In this document: positions 42,034-51,630 of the stretch, piece after piece | How positions within the stretch are numbered: the first letter of the stretch is position 1 | Layout of the letters: each line of letters starts with the position of its first letter | NCBI GenBank assembly: GCA_036495975.1 | Contig: DASXLY010000252.1 | Location: forward strand, 412,201 to 476,200 | Length of the DNA stretch: 64,000 nt | Source: Terracidiphilus sp. | GTDB taxonomy: Bacteria; Acidobacteriota; Terriglobia; Terriglobales; Acidobacteriaceae | Direction: 5' to 3' | Notes under the pieces: generated by a model | Database searches by the model: none | Seen by the model: the letters and a program-made list of their open reading frames with translations, nothing else | Told to the model about the DNA's origin: nothing | Program-made: the position numbers and the translations under genes

Positions 42034-43097
42034 GCCAGGCCCTCCGCTTCGCCCCAGCCAAGCATTACGTTCATGTTCTGAACCGCCTGTCCTGATGCAC
42101 CTTTCAACAAATTGTCGAGACAGCTCACAATCACCGCCCGCCGACCGTCTCCTGAAATCTGAAACCCGATATCCGCGAAATTGGTGCGCACCGAATACTG
42201 AATCTGCGGCAGCCCGTTCTCGTAGATGCGCACCATCGGGCTTTGATGGAAAAATGTGCGATAAATTCGCATCACGCTCTCTCGTGTCTGAGGCACGTTG
42301 AACCGCACGTAGATCGTCGACATGATCCCGCGTGGGATCGGCAGCAAATGCGGCGTAAAAATAATGTCGCCCGCGCCAATCTCGATCTGTTCCAGCAACT
42401 CCCCGGTGTGTCGATGGCTGAATACCCCGTATGCTGACAGGTTGTCGGCCGCGTGCATGTAGTGGGTCTTCGCCGTGGGAGCCTTGCCCGCTCCGCTCAC
42501 ACCGCTCTTCGCATCCGCCACAATTCCGTTTGCGACATCCACAATTCCCGCCGCGACCAGTGGCCGCAACGCCAGAATGACCGAGGTGGCGTAGCAGCCG
42601 GGATTCGCCACCAGGTTCGCGCCGGCAATTTCATCCCGGTGCAACTCCGGCATGCCGTAAACAGCCTGCGCTTGCGTTGCAACCGCGATGCTCGAGTCTT
42701 CATCTGCAAACCCATATACGGCCCGATTCTTCGCGTCGTTCAGTCGCCACGCCCCGCTCAAATCCACTACACGCAACCCATGCTTCAGCGCCTCCGGCAC
42801 CCACTCCCGGGACTGCTGATGCGGAGTCGCGAGAAACAACATCTTCACACCGCGCCCCGCCAGTTTTTCCCAGGAAAACGGCTCAACCTTCAGCGAACCG
42901 CTACCGTTGTTATCAGCAAGCTGCGGATGAATCTCCTCGAGCGGAATTCCGCCGCGCTGGGCGTCTTTCTCTTCCACACGGCCCGCAAACACAGGCGGCG
43001 TGCCATTCAGCCGCGGATGATGCAGGAGGAGCCGCGCCAGCTCAGCGCCGGCATAGCCCGTCACACCCACAACCGCCGTCTGCACAGCCTTCGTCAT
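42030..43097 (-). CDS. argC: N-acetyl-gamma-glutamyl-phosphate reductase
   Basis: GVTGYAG, ANPGCY, SGVSGAG, DNLLKGASGQAVQN. Confidence 0.96.
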   Translation of the reverse strand: MTKAVQTAVVGVTGYAGAELARLLLHHPRLNGTPPVFAGRVEEKDAQRGGIPLEEIHPQLADNNGSGSLKVEPFSWEKLAGRGVKMLFLATPHQQSREWVPEALKHGLRVVDLSGAWRLNDAKNRAVYGFADEDSSIAVATQAQAVYGMPELHRDEIAGANLVANPGCYATSVILALRPLVAAGIVDVANGIVADAKSGVSGAGKAPTAKTHYMHAADNLSAYGVFSHRHTGELLEQIEIGAGDIIFTPHLLPIPRGIMSTIYVRFNVPQTRESVMRIYRTFFHQSPMVRIYENGLPQIQYSVRTNFADIGFQISGDGRRAVIVSCLDNLLKGASGQAVQNMNVMLGWGEAEGLA

Positions 43098-43558
43098 GAC
43101 TCCAGCATCCTTCTCAGCCGTACCTCGATATCATGGGCGCGCTTCACATCCGGGCAGATCACCAGCACTGTATCGTCGCCCGCGATGGTTCCGATTACTT
43201 CGCTCCAGCCCTCACGATCAAGCGCGGCAGCCATGGGCTGTGCACCGCCCATCGTGGCGCGCAACACCACCTGGTTCATCGCCTGCCGGACATTCAGCCC
43301 AAAACTCTCCATCATCTCCGCAAGCGACGGTGGCGCGTCATCAACCTGCGATGCTGTTCCGTTTCCATTGCCATTGCCGTTGGGAAGAGAATAGCCGCCA
43401 GGCCCTTTGGTCAGTCTCAGTTCGTGGATGTCGCGCGAGAGCGTTGCCTGTGTCACTTCGAACCCGCGCCGGCGCAGTTTGCGCCGCAACTCATCCTGGT
43501 TCGCTACCAGTGCGTGCGCTATAAGTTCGCGAATTGCATCGTGCCTTTGGAACTTCAT
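43094..43558 (-). CDS. argR: Arginine repressor
   Basis: VTQATLSRDI.EL, GTIAGDDT. Confidence 0.96.
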   Translation of the reverse strand: MKFQRHDAIRELIAHALVANQDELRRKLRRRGFEVTQATLSRDIHELRLTKGPGGYSLPNGNGNGNGTASQVDDAPPSLAEMMESFGLNVRQAMNQVVLRATMGGAQPMAAALDREGWSEVIGTIAGDDTVLVICPDVKRAHDIEVRLRRMLES

Positions 43559-43606
43559 CTGTTTCTTCCGGGCAAATCAAAAACGCGGCTCGCAGTGGCG
43601 GCCGCG

Positions 43607-43645
43607 CTTGCATAAATATACAAAGAAAGTGTATAAGTATGCAAG
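43607..43645. promoter_or_regulatory. Tandem ARG boxes (ArgR operator)
   Basis: TGCAT-AAAT-ATACA (43609-43622) and TGTAT-AAGT-ATGCA (43630-43643), 21 bp apart, the classic spacing. Confidence 0.85.
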
Positions 43646-43961
43646 ACGGTTTTCCACTGCTGACCGGTGGAATCTTCTAAGTTATATGCCGCACCTGATG
43701 TTGCGAACTCGAGCTACCCTGTGCCGGCGCCCCGCGATTTTGCTGGTCGTGCCGGGCTTATTCCCCCTGCTCGTCCTTGCAGTCTGACTGAGCCGCTTTC
43801 GCAACTACATTCCACATCCCCGGGATCGGTCGATAGATCCAGGTCCGCAGAGTGATTTCAAAAGGTTGCAGAGTTTGAATATGGGCTTCCGCTATCGCCA
43901 TTTATCGCGCCGTACATGTAGCTTCCGGGGTACCTCAGCCGCCGGCGGAAGCTGCGCGCCC

Positions 43962-46900
43962 ATGCCGTCCTATATAGAGGGAAGCCTGATCGATCCTCGT
44001 TTCGACTTCGACTCGTGCGGGGTCGGCTTTGTTGCGCAGCTTTCCGCCCAACCCTCGCACCAGATCCTCGAGCATGCGCTCACCGCCCTCTCGCGGCTCG
44101 AACACCGCGGCGCCGTCGCCGCTGACGGAAAATCCAGCGACGGTGTTGGCGTCACCACTGCCATCCCTCGCGATTGGCTTCTTGCCCAGTGCGACCTCAC
44201 CCTCGACGAGAACGAGCCCTTGGGCGTCGCCGTTGTCTTCCTCCCCAAAGAGGATGATGATCAGCGCGCGGAGATCGAAGCGGCCCTCTTCGAGCAGGAT
44301 ATGGAAATCCTGCGGTGGCGGCCCGTGCCGATTCGCCCGGAAGTTCTGGGAGAAATTGCCGCCTCCTCCCGTCCCGAGATCTGGCACATCCTCATCACCG
44401 CAGAAGATGCAGAGTTTTTCGATCGACGTCTCTTCCTCGCGCGCAAACAGTTCGAGCGTTCCGGATTTCCCGGCTACTTCGTCAGCATCTCATCGCAGAA
44501 GATGATCTACAAAGCGCTCTGCGCCGGCCGCCTGCTCGCGGAGTTCTATCCCGACCTCGCTGCCCCGGAGTTCAAAACGCCCTTCGCGTTGTTTCATCAA
44601 CGGTATGCCACCAACGTCCTTCCTTCCTGGGACCGCGCCCAGCCGTTCCGCTGTCTTGCCCACAATGGCGAGATCAACACCATCTGGGGCAATCGTGCGC
44701 GCATGGAGGCCCGCGCCGCCACGTTGCCGCTCGATGTCGATCCGGTGCTCACCCAGGGCGGCTCCGATTCGACCTCGCTGGACGAAATCGTCGAACTCCT
44801 CTCCCACAACGGTCGCACCGTCGGCGAAGCTGTACGCATGGTCGTTCCCCCAGCCAATCCGGGCAACTCATCCTCGTTCCTCCAATACAGCGGAGACATC
44901 ATAGAGCCGTGGGATGGTCCCGCCGCACTTGCATTCACCGATGGTCACCAAATAGGCGCTATCCTCGACCGCAACGGCCTTCGCCCCTGTCGATTCGCGC
45001 TCGACGATACCGGCCTTGTTGTTGCCGGCTCAGAGGCGGGTCTCGTCGACATGGATCCCGACCACATCGTGCACAGCGGCCGTCTCGGTCCCGGCCAGAT
45101 GATCGTCGCCGATCTCGATTTCCATCGCTTCTTCGAAAACGATGAAATCCTGCGCATCTTCGATTCCAAGCGCCAATACCAGGACCTGATCAGCCAAGAT
45201 GTGCCTCTTCAGGACTCACTCGAAGCTCCGCCTCCGCTTGATCCCGCAGAAGTCAATCGTCTCCAGCACCGTTTCGGCTACACGCGCGAAGACGTGCGCA
45301 TGATCCTCCAGCCAATGGCGACCGACGGCAAAGATGCGGTCTGGTCCATGGGCGACGATACTTCCATTGCGCCACTGGCCCGCGCTCCGCGTCCACTGTA
45401 TGCCTTCTTCCGCCAGCGATTCGCACAGGTCACCAACCCTCCCATCGATCCGCTGCGTGAAACCGTGGTGTTGCAGATGCACACCCGTCTCGGTCCCTGG
45501 CCGCACATCCTCGAACTGCGTGAACCACTGCCCGGACTCTCGCTGCGCTCTCCCATTCTCTCGCTCGGCCAGATGCATGCGCTCTTTGAAGGTCACCATC
45601 CCCAGGTTGAGAAGATGCCGCATGCTGTCCTTCACTGTCTCTACTCGCCTGAGAACACGCTCGAGGTGGCCGTCGACATTCTCACCGAGCGCGCCGTTGA
45701 ACTGGTCCGTGAGGGCGCATCTCTCCTGATCCTTACCGATCGCGGGGCGAGTCAGAAGGCCGTCCCCATTCCCATGGCGATGGCTGCCGGCGCCGTGCAT
45801 CTCGCGCTTACCAAGGCGGGCGTTCGCGCAGAAGTCGGCATCGCCGTCGAGGCCGCCGACTGCCGCGAGATTCATCACGTTGCGGTGCTACTTGGCCTCG
45901 GTGCCGGAGCCGTCTGTCCATGGCTTGCCCTTGAAACTGCGCGCAACCTTAACCCAGAGCAGGGCGAAGCGAACTTGCTTCATGCCTTCGAACTCGGCCT
46001 TGCAAAGGTAATGTCGAAGATGGGTATCAGCGTCGTCGATAGCTATCGAGGGGCGCATCTCTTCGATGCCATCGGCATTGCGCAGCACGTCGTCGACAAA
46101 TGCTTCGCCGGCGTCCCGGCCCCCATCGGCGGAATTGGCTTCAACGAGATTGAGAATTACGTCCGCCAGCTTTGGAGCGCCGAGCCGATCAGCGAAAAGC
46201 CGCAAGACAAAGGCCTCGCGGAGTTCGCCGTACCCACGGTTCGCGAACTCCCCGACTACGGCTTTGTGCGTTTCCGCAAAGCTGACGAAGCAGAATCGCA
46301 CGGCTGGCAACCAACAACCGTTCGCGCCCTGCAGACCGTCGTTGGGTCCACCAAGCAAGGCGCTGCGCTGGCTCTCGCGCCTTTCGCAACCTTCTCCGCT
46401 CAGGCCATCGAACCCGTACCAGCTCATTTGCGCGACCTGCTCGAAATCCGGCCCGCCGGTCCTGAACTCGCTCTTGATCAGATCGCCCCGGCTGACACCA
46501 TCACGCGCAATTTCATCGCCAGCGCCATGTCCTTCGGTTCGCTGTCACCCGAGGCGCACCAGACCATCACCCAAGCCCTGAACCTCCTCGGCGGGCGCTC
46601 CAACACCGGCGAAGGCGGCGAGGACCCTGCCGTCTACACACCCGTCAACGGCGCGCCATCCATCCTCAACAACAAGATCAAGCAAGTGGCCAGCGCGCGC
46701 TTCGGAGTCACGGCCGAATACCTCGCCCACGCCGAAGAACTCGAAATCAAAATCGCGCAGGGCGCCAAGCCTGGCGAAGGTGGTCAGCTCCCCGGTCACA
46801 AGGTGACGGAACTCATTGCCCGCCTGCGTCACGCGCAACCCGGCATGCAGTTAATTTCGCCGCCGCCGCACCACGACATCTACTCCATCGAAGACCTCGC

Positions 46901-48368
46901 TCAGCTCATCTGGGATCTCAAACGCGCCAACCCTCGCGCCGCCGTCGGAGTCAAACTCGTCTCGGCCTGCGGAGTCGGTACCATCGCTGCCGGAGTCGCC
47001 AAGGCCTATGCCGACTACATAGTCATCGCAGGCCACGCAGGCGGTACCGGCGCGTCGCCACTCTCCAGCATCAAGTACGCTGGGAATCCGTGGGAACTCG
47101 GCTTGGCCGAAGCGCAGCAGGTCCTCATCCACAACGGTCTTCGCGGACGGGTTCGCCTGCGTACTGACGGCGGCCTGCGCACGGCACGGGACATCGTTAC
47201 TGCCGCTCTACTCGGCGCCGACGAATACGCCTTCGGCACAGCCGTTCTCGTCTCGCTGGGATGCGATATGGCCCGCCAGTGCCATCTCAACACGTGCCCC
47301 ACTGGCATTGCCACGCAACGTCCAGACCTGCGCGCCAAGTTTCGCGGAAAGCCCGAACACGTTGTGCGTTTTTTCAACGAACTCGCGGAAGAAGTGCGCC
47401 AGCTTCTCGCCAAGCTTGGATTGTCTTCACTTCAGGCCGCGGTCGGACGAACCGATCTGCTGGAGCAGGTCCGTTTCAATGCCGGCCTCAATCTCAACCC
47501 TGTACTCGCCGCCACCGCAGTCGCTGCCGAGACCGGTGGCGCAATCCGCTGGGAAGGAAAGCGCAACGACCGCCCCGAGCCGCACCCACCCATCGATGAC
47601 GCCTGGGTCGAGCCCGCATTCGCCGCATACAAAGCCGGTGTGCCGTACTGTCTCGATGCGCACGTCACCAACGAAGACCGCACCCTCGGTGCGCGACTCG
47701 CCGGTCAAATCGCGCAGTATCGAACAGACAACCCCGACCGCACCGGCTCGCAGCTCACCTTCAATCTGAAAGGCACTGCGGGCCAATCCTTCGGCGCTTT
47801 CGCCGCGACCGGCATGACCCTCAGTCTTGAGGGTATTGCCAACGATTTCGTCGGCAAGGGCCTTTGCGGTGGGGAACTCATCCTGCGTGGCCGCGGACGC
47901 GTCGCCCTCCAAAGCGAAGCCCACACCCTGCTCGGCAATGTCGCTCTTTACGGGGCAACCAGCGGCTGGCTCTTCGCTGCAGGACGCGCCGGCGAGCGCT
48001 TCGCGGTCCGCAACTGCGGGGCTCGCGCTATCGTCGAGGGCGTCGGCGATCACGGCTGTGAATACATGACCGGCGGTCTGGCCGTCATCCTTGGCCGGAC
48101 GGGTATCAATTTCGGCGCCGGCATGACCGGTGGCCTCGCGTGGATCTACGACGAAGACGGCGACTTCCTCCGCAATGTCCGTTATCACGCCGGATTCCTG
48201 CAGCCTGATGCGTGGGATCAGCTCGATGACCAAAGCCGGGCCTCCGTCCAGGGACTTGTCACGCTGCACGCAAGCAAGACCGGAAGCACGCGCGCGCAAT
48301 GGCTGCTCGCCAATTGGGAACAAGAATCACCGAAGTTTGTTCGTCTCACCCCCAAGCCCCAGGCATAG
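43962..48368 (+). CDS. gltB: Glutamate synthase large subunit
   Basis: CGVGF amidotransferase start, HNGEINT, EPWDGPA, QGAKPGEGGQLPG, CEYMTGG; start uncertain (43866-43962). Confidence 0.96.
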   Translation: MPSYIEGSLIDPRFDFDSCGVGFVAQLSAQPSHQILEHALTALSRLEHRGAVAADGKSSDGVGVTTAIPRDWLLAQCDLTLDENEPLGVAVVFLPKEDDDQRAEIEAALFEQDMEILRWRPVPIRPEVLGEIAASSRPEIWHILITAEDAEFFDRRLFLARKQFERSGFPGYFVSISSQKMIYKALCAGRLLAEFYPDLAAPEFKTPFALFHQRYATNVLPSWDRAQPFRCLAHNGEINTIWGNRARMEARAATLPLDVDPVLTQGGSDSTSLDEIVELLSHNGRTVGEAVRMVVPPANPGNSSSFLQYSGDIIEPWDGPAALAFTDGHQIGAILDRNGLRPCRFALDDTGLVVAGSEAGLVDMDPDHIVHSGRLGPGQMIVADLDFHRFFENDEILRIFDSKRQYQDLISQDVPLQDSLEAPPPLDPAEVNRLQHRFGYTREDVRMILQPMATDGKDAVWSMGDDTSIAPLARAPRPLYAFFRQRFAQVTNPPIDPLRETVVLQMHTRLGPWPHILELREPLPGLSLRSPILSLGQMHALFEGHHPQVEKMPHAVLHCLYSPENTLEVAVDILTERAVELVREGASLLILTDRGASQKAVPIPMAMAAGAVHLALTKAGVRAEVGIAVEAADCREIHHVAVLLGLGAGAVCPWLALETARNLNPEQGEANLLHAFELGLAKVMSKMGISVVDSYRGAHLFDAIGIAQHVVDKCFAGVPAPIGGIGFNEIENYVRQLWSAEPISEKPQDKGLAEFAVPTVRELPDYGFVRFRKADEAESHGWQPTTVRALQTVVGSTKQGAALALAPFATFSAQAIEPVPAHLRDLLEIRPAGPELALDQIAPADTITRNFIASAMSFGSLSPEAHQTITQALNLLGGRSNTGEGGEDPAVYTPVNGAPSILNNKIKQVASARFGVTAEYLAHAEELEIKIAQGAKPGEGGQLPGHKVTELIARLRHAQPGMQLISPPPHHDIYSIEDLAQLIWDLKRANPRAAVGVKLVSACGVGTIAAGVAKAYADYIVIAGHAGGTGASPLSSIKYAGNPWELGLAEAQQVLIHNGLRGRVRLRTDGGLRTARDIVTAALLGADEYAFGTAVLVSLGCDMARQCHLNTCPTGIATQRPDLRAKFRGKPEHVVRFFNELAEEVRQLLAKLGLSSLQAAVGRTDLLEQVRFNAGLNLNPVLAATAVAAETGGAIRWEGKRNDRPEPHPPIDDAWVEPAFAAYKAGVPYCLDAHVTNEDRTLGARLAGQIAQYRTDNPDRTGSQLTFNLKGTAGQSFGAFAATGMTLSLEGIANDFVGKGLCGGELILRGRGRVALQSEAHTLLGNVALYGATSGWLFAAGRAGERFAVRNCGARAIVEGVGDHGCEYMTGGLAVILGRTGINFGAGMTGGLAWIYDEDGDFLRNVRYHAGFLQPDAWDQLDDQSRASVQGLVTLHASKTGSTRAQWLLANWEQESPKFVRLTPKPQA

Positions 48369-48595
48369 GGCTCCGACCTTTCTCTGCTTCGATGCCGAAC
48401 CGTGTCCAGGGCAAACCATGCCAAAGAAGGTCTTACGGTATTTGCTTGACAAGCATCCATCCTATGCACAGGAAACGGATGATGATCGGTCGCAAATTGC
48501 CCATTGCACAATGGCCGAAGCAACTATATCTGTAGCAACGCTTCTGAATCTCTGGCTCACGAAGTTCTGATCACTGATGCGGATTTGCCGGCGCC

Positions 48596-49945
48596 CTAAT
48601 TCACCCGCATTTCATTCAGCTGCAGGTCCATCCGGTTCTTCGCATGTCCCGCTCGCGCCAGCAGGTCTTTCAATGTCTCCTGCACTTCGGGGTCGGTCGT
48701 TGTCACATGGCCCATGCTGAATCTCAACGGCATTGGGCGCCTGCTCTTTTCGTTTCGTGCCGCCGTGGCAGCTTCCAGACGCAGCGCTGCCACCGAAATT
48801 CCGGCGCGATCGAAACGACCTGCCACGGCAAAATCGTCGGCACCGATCCGTCCCTTGATATCCGACTCGCGGAAGGTCGCACGCAGGATTTCTCCTGCCT
48901 CGGCCAACGATGCTGCCGCAAAATCCGGGCCGAGTTGCCCGTGAATTTGCGCCAGATTTTCGAGATTGATGAAGAGTACTGAGAAGGGAACAGCCGATCG
49001 CTTCGCCAGCCTGAGCGCGTGTTCTGCCAGCATGTGAAATCCCCTCTGGTTATAGAGCCGGGTTGCTTCATCGCGTAGCACCAGATCGTGAATCTCGTTT
49101 TCCATTCCGCTGATCCGCCATGCGAAGAACATCAGAATGCCAAACGCCACGGCCACCGCTGCCGAGGTCAGCACCGCCGCATTCACCTGCCCATGCAAAC
49201 GGGTGCTCATCGCCTGCCAGACAAATGGAAGCAACAACAGAATGGGCGCAAAGACCCTTGCCAACTTGCTGCCGGTTCCGACTCCCAGAAAAATGGAGAA
49301 GACGCCATGTTCCGCCTGGCGCAGCGCAACCACGCCGGTCAACGCGATCAGGCACGCCAGCGCCGCGGTAGAAATACCGGTGCCTGCTCCGCCATCGGAC
49401 GCGGCAAGCCAACCTGAAACAGAATTTGCCACTAGCATCAAGCTCAGCAGGCACAGCACACACACCAGGACATCCGCAATGCGATTGACGATCCGATTCT
49501 TCCTTTCGATCAGAACAACAGCCATCGCAAGCGCCACGAACCCAAAAGCCAGCCGCATAGGCGGGAAAACAATTTGGCCCGATCGCTCGCCAACGCTCGC
49601 AGCTCGTGACCAGAACACAACCACCGCGGCAGCGAACAGCACCAGGGCTTGCGCGATGCGACGGGCATAGACAAGACCGACCCCCTCGCCTTCCACCGAC
49701 CAAAGCAGCAGGCTCAGCGCACACATGGTCGCGGTCAGCATCAAGGGGAGCGCACCGCGTGCCACCCCAGCATTGGCGGTCATCGAGAATCCCGCCAGCG
49801 GCACCAATTCGACGAGAATGGCAGTCGCCGCAACACCAAGGCCAATCCGCTGCAGTGATCGAGCCGCACGAAACAGCGCTGGGTTCGGCAGCACTTTCAG
49901 CGTCTCTGGAGCCGCCTGGTTCATTGCTTCCATCCGCCTTTGCAT
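48596..49945 (-). CDS. Membrane GGDEF protein, catalytically degenerate (GADDF)
   Basis: Multiple TMs; FINLENLAQIHGQLG and RESDIKGRIGADDF; paralogue of the next gene. Confidence 0.85.
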   Translation of the reverse strand: MQRRMEAMNQAAPETLKVLPNPALFRAARSLQRIGLGVAATAILVELVPLAGFSMTANAGVARGALPLMLTATMCALSLLLWSVEGEGVGLVYARRIAQALVLFAAAVVVFWSRAASVGERSGQIVFPPMRLAFGFVALAMAVVLIERKNRIVNRIADVLVCVLCLLSLMLVANSVSGWLAASDGGAGTGISTAALACLIALTGVVALRQAEHGVFSIFLGVGTGSKLARVFAPILLLLPFVWQAMSTRLHGQVNAAVLTSAAVAVAFGILMFFAWRISGMENEIHDLVLRDEATRLYNQRGFHMLAEHALRLAKRSAVPFSVLFINLENLAQIHGQLGPDFAAASLAEAGEILRATFRESDIKGRIGADDFAVAGRFDRAGISVAALRLEAATAARNEKSRRPMPLRFSMGHVTTTDPEVQETLKDLLARAGHAKNRMDLQLNEMRVN

Positions 49946-50017
49946 CCCGCCGACAACATCATCGTCTTACTGCAAATTGGCCGAATTGCCGAAACTGCTC
50001 GTCACCCGTTGACCGCG

Positions 50018-51388
50018 TCAAGCACGTGCAACCTTCTTGCGACGCTTCTCGCGATACATCATTTCGTCAGCACGCCTGACCAATTCTTTCAAGCTTTCAT
50101 TCGAAGGATGGTCGAGTGTCACCCACCCCACGCTGAGGCTCAACGGGTACTTCTTCGGATTCTTCTCGTTGTGCTCAGTTGCCATACTTTGCAGCCGCGA
50201 TGCCGCCAGTTGGATGCCCACCATGCTGAACTGCCCGGCCACCACGAATTCGTCCCCGCCAAACCTTCCCTTGACGTCTGTCTCGCGAAAACAAGCCATC
50301 ACCAGTTCGCCCGTGTCCGCCAGGTAGGACGAACCCACGCTGTGTCCCAAATCGTCGTTGATCTTCTTCAGCCCATCGAGATCGATGAACATCACCGAGA
50401 AGGGAAGCTCCGCACGTTGCGCCAGTCTCAGCGTCTGCTCGCCCAGAAGGTAAAAACCGCGCATGTTGTAGAGCCCCGTCAGTTCGTCGCGCAGCGTCAG
50501 GTCGTGAATCTCTTTTTCCATCGAGTTGATACGCCACACCAGGATGAGCAGCAGCACCATCGAAAGCCCTGCGGCAAGCGACGTCAGCATCGCCGCTCCA
50601 TATTGCTCTGGAACCAGGTCCTTCAGCACAAAGCGAGTTCGTGCCACCTCGATCAGGAAAGGAATGACCAGCAGAACCGGTGCAAAGCCTCGCGCTATCC
50701 TGCTGCCAATGCCCGCTCCAACAAAGATGGACCATACCCCGTGCTCGGTCTGCCGCATTGCCACCACCCACGTCAGCAGTACCAGGCAAACCAGCAGCAA
50801 TGGCGAAATCATGTTGTCGGCCGAGAGACGTACAAGTCCGAGCGCGCCAAAGAGGTTCTCACTCAACAGGACCAGGGTCATCAGGCACATCATTGGGACC
50901 AGCCCATCGGCGATTCGTCGCAGGAATGCGCCACGGCTGCTCACCAGCATCATCGACAGGCTCAACAGGGCAAAAGCGGCGGGAGAATGTACTGGAAGGC
51001 CGCCTGTGTTTCCCGCCGCCCGGTCCGCCTCCAGCAGCGTATCGACTGCGGGAAACAACCGGTACATCGATTCCAGCAGGATGAGAACGGCTAGCAAGCC
51101 AGCTTGTCCCGCAATGTAACGCCCGGCAATCGGCAGGGAAAGATGGTTGCCGGTTTCAGAAATCGCCAGGCTCAACGAGCAAAGCAGCACCGTGAGCGCC
51201 ATCGGGGTGCTCATGTGCGTTGCGAACACCGGCAGGCGTGCGGCAAAGGGGGGGAACAGCCATCCGGCGAAAACCATGATTGCGATGATCGCAACCACTC
51301 CCAGCGCCACTTGTTGAATGACCGCAAGTCTCTGAAGAAGAGCCGGATCCGGCTCCCCGGGAGGCAGGGATGCAGTTCGCGTTGGCAT
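50018..51388 (-). CDS. Membrane GGDEF dinucleotide cyclase with Hypr-like Ser
   Basis: Multiple TMs; DELTGLYN, IDLDGLKKINDDLGHSVGS, RETD, GGDEF; start uncertain. Confidence 0.92.
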   Translation of the reverse strand: MPTRTASLPPGEPDPALLQRLAVIQQVALGVVAIIAIMVFAGWLFPPFAARLPVFATHMSTPMALTVLLCSLSLAISETGNHLSLPIAGRYIAGQAGLLAVLILLESMYRLFPAVDTLLEADRAAGNTGGLPVHSPAAFALLSLSMMLVSSRGAFLRRIADGLVPMMCLMTLVLLSENLFGALGLVRLSADNMISPLLLVCLVLLTWVVAMRQTEHGVWSIFVGAGIGSRIARGFAPVLLVIPFLIEVARTRFVLKDLVPEQYGAAMLTSLAAGLSMVLLLILVWRINSMEKEIHDLTLRDELTGLYNMRGFYLLGEQTLRLAQRAELPFSVMFIDLDGLKKINDDLGHSVGSSYLADTGELVMACFRETDVKGRFGGDEFVVAGQFSMVGIQLAASRLQSMATEHNEKNPKKYPLSLSVGWVTLDHPSNESLKELVRRADEMMYREKRRKKVARA

Positions 51389-51630
51389 GTCTTTAGACTG
51401 CAGGCATCGACGTTTGGCTGGAGTGATCTTATCGCACATTGGCTCGCTCGCCGGGTGACGAAGCATGTACATTTAAAACCGAAGTTTCCCCCGCAACCTT
51501 GCGGAAAATCGGGACTTATTAAACTTCCTGACAATCCGCGGATGAGCGGCGGCCCCCTCCCGTGCCCTCCGGCGCTGTTACACTCACCATTGGTCTCAAA
51601 TCACCGAAATTCCTACTCCGAACGCCCGAG

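Noticed and set aside
43361-43383. Hexamer repeat inside argR
   Set aside because: It encodes an in-frame NGNGNG linker between domains; ordinary low complexity.
48411-48424. Sigma-54 promoter-like TGGCATGGTTTGC (also GGCACGAGTTCGTGC near 63349)
   Set aside because: The GG-to-GC spacing is not the required 10 nt.
48405-48500. CAGGGCAAACCAT resembling the start of a c-di-GMP-I (GEMM-I) riboswitch, near the GGDEF genes
   Set aside because: The GAAA tetraloop stem and GGGACGCAAAGC are missing, and it lies between convergent gene ends with no downstream gene; a cmsearch would settle it.
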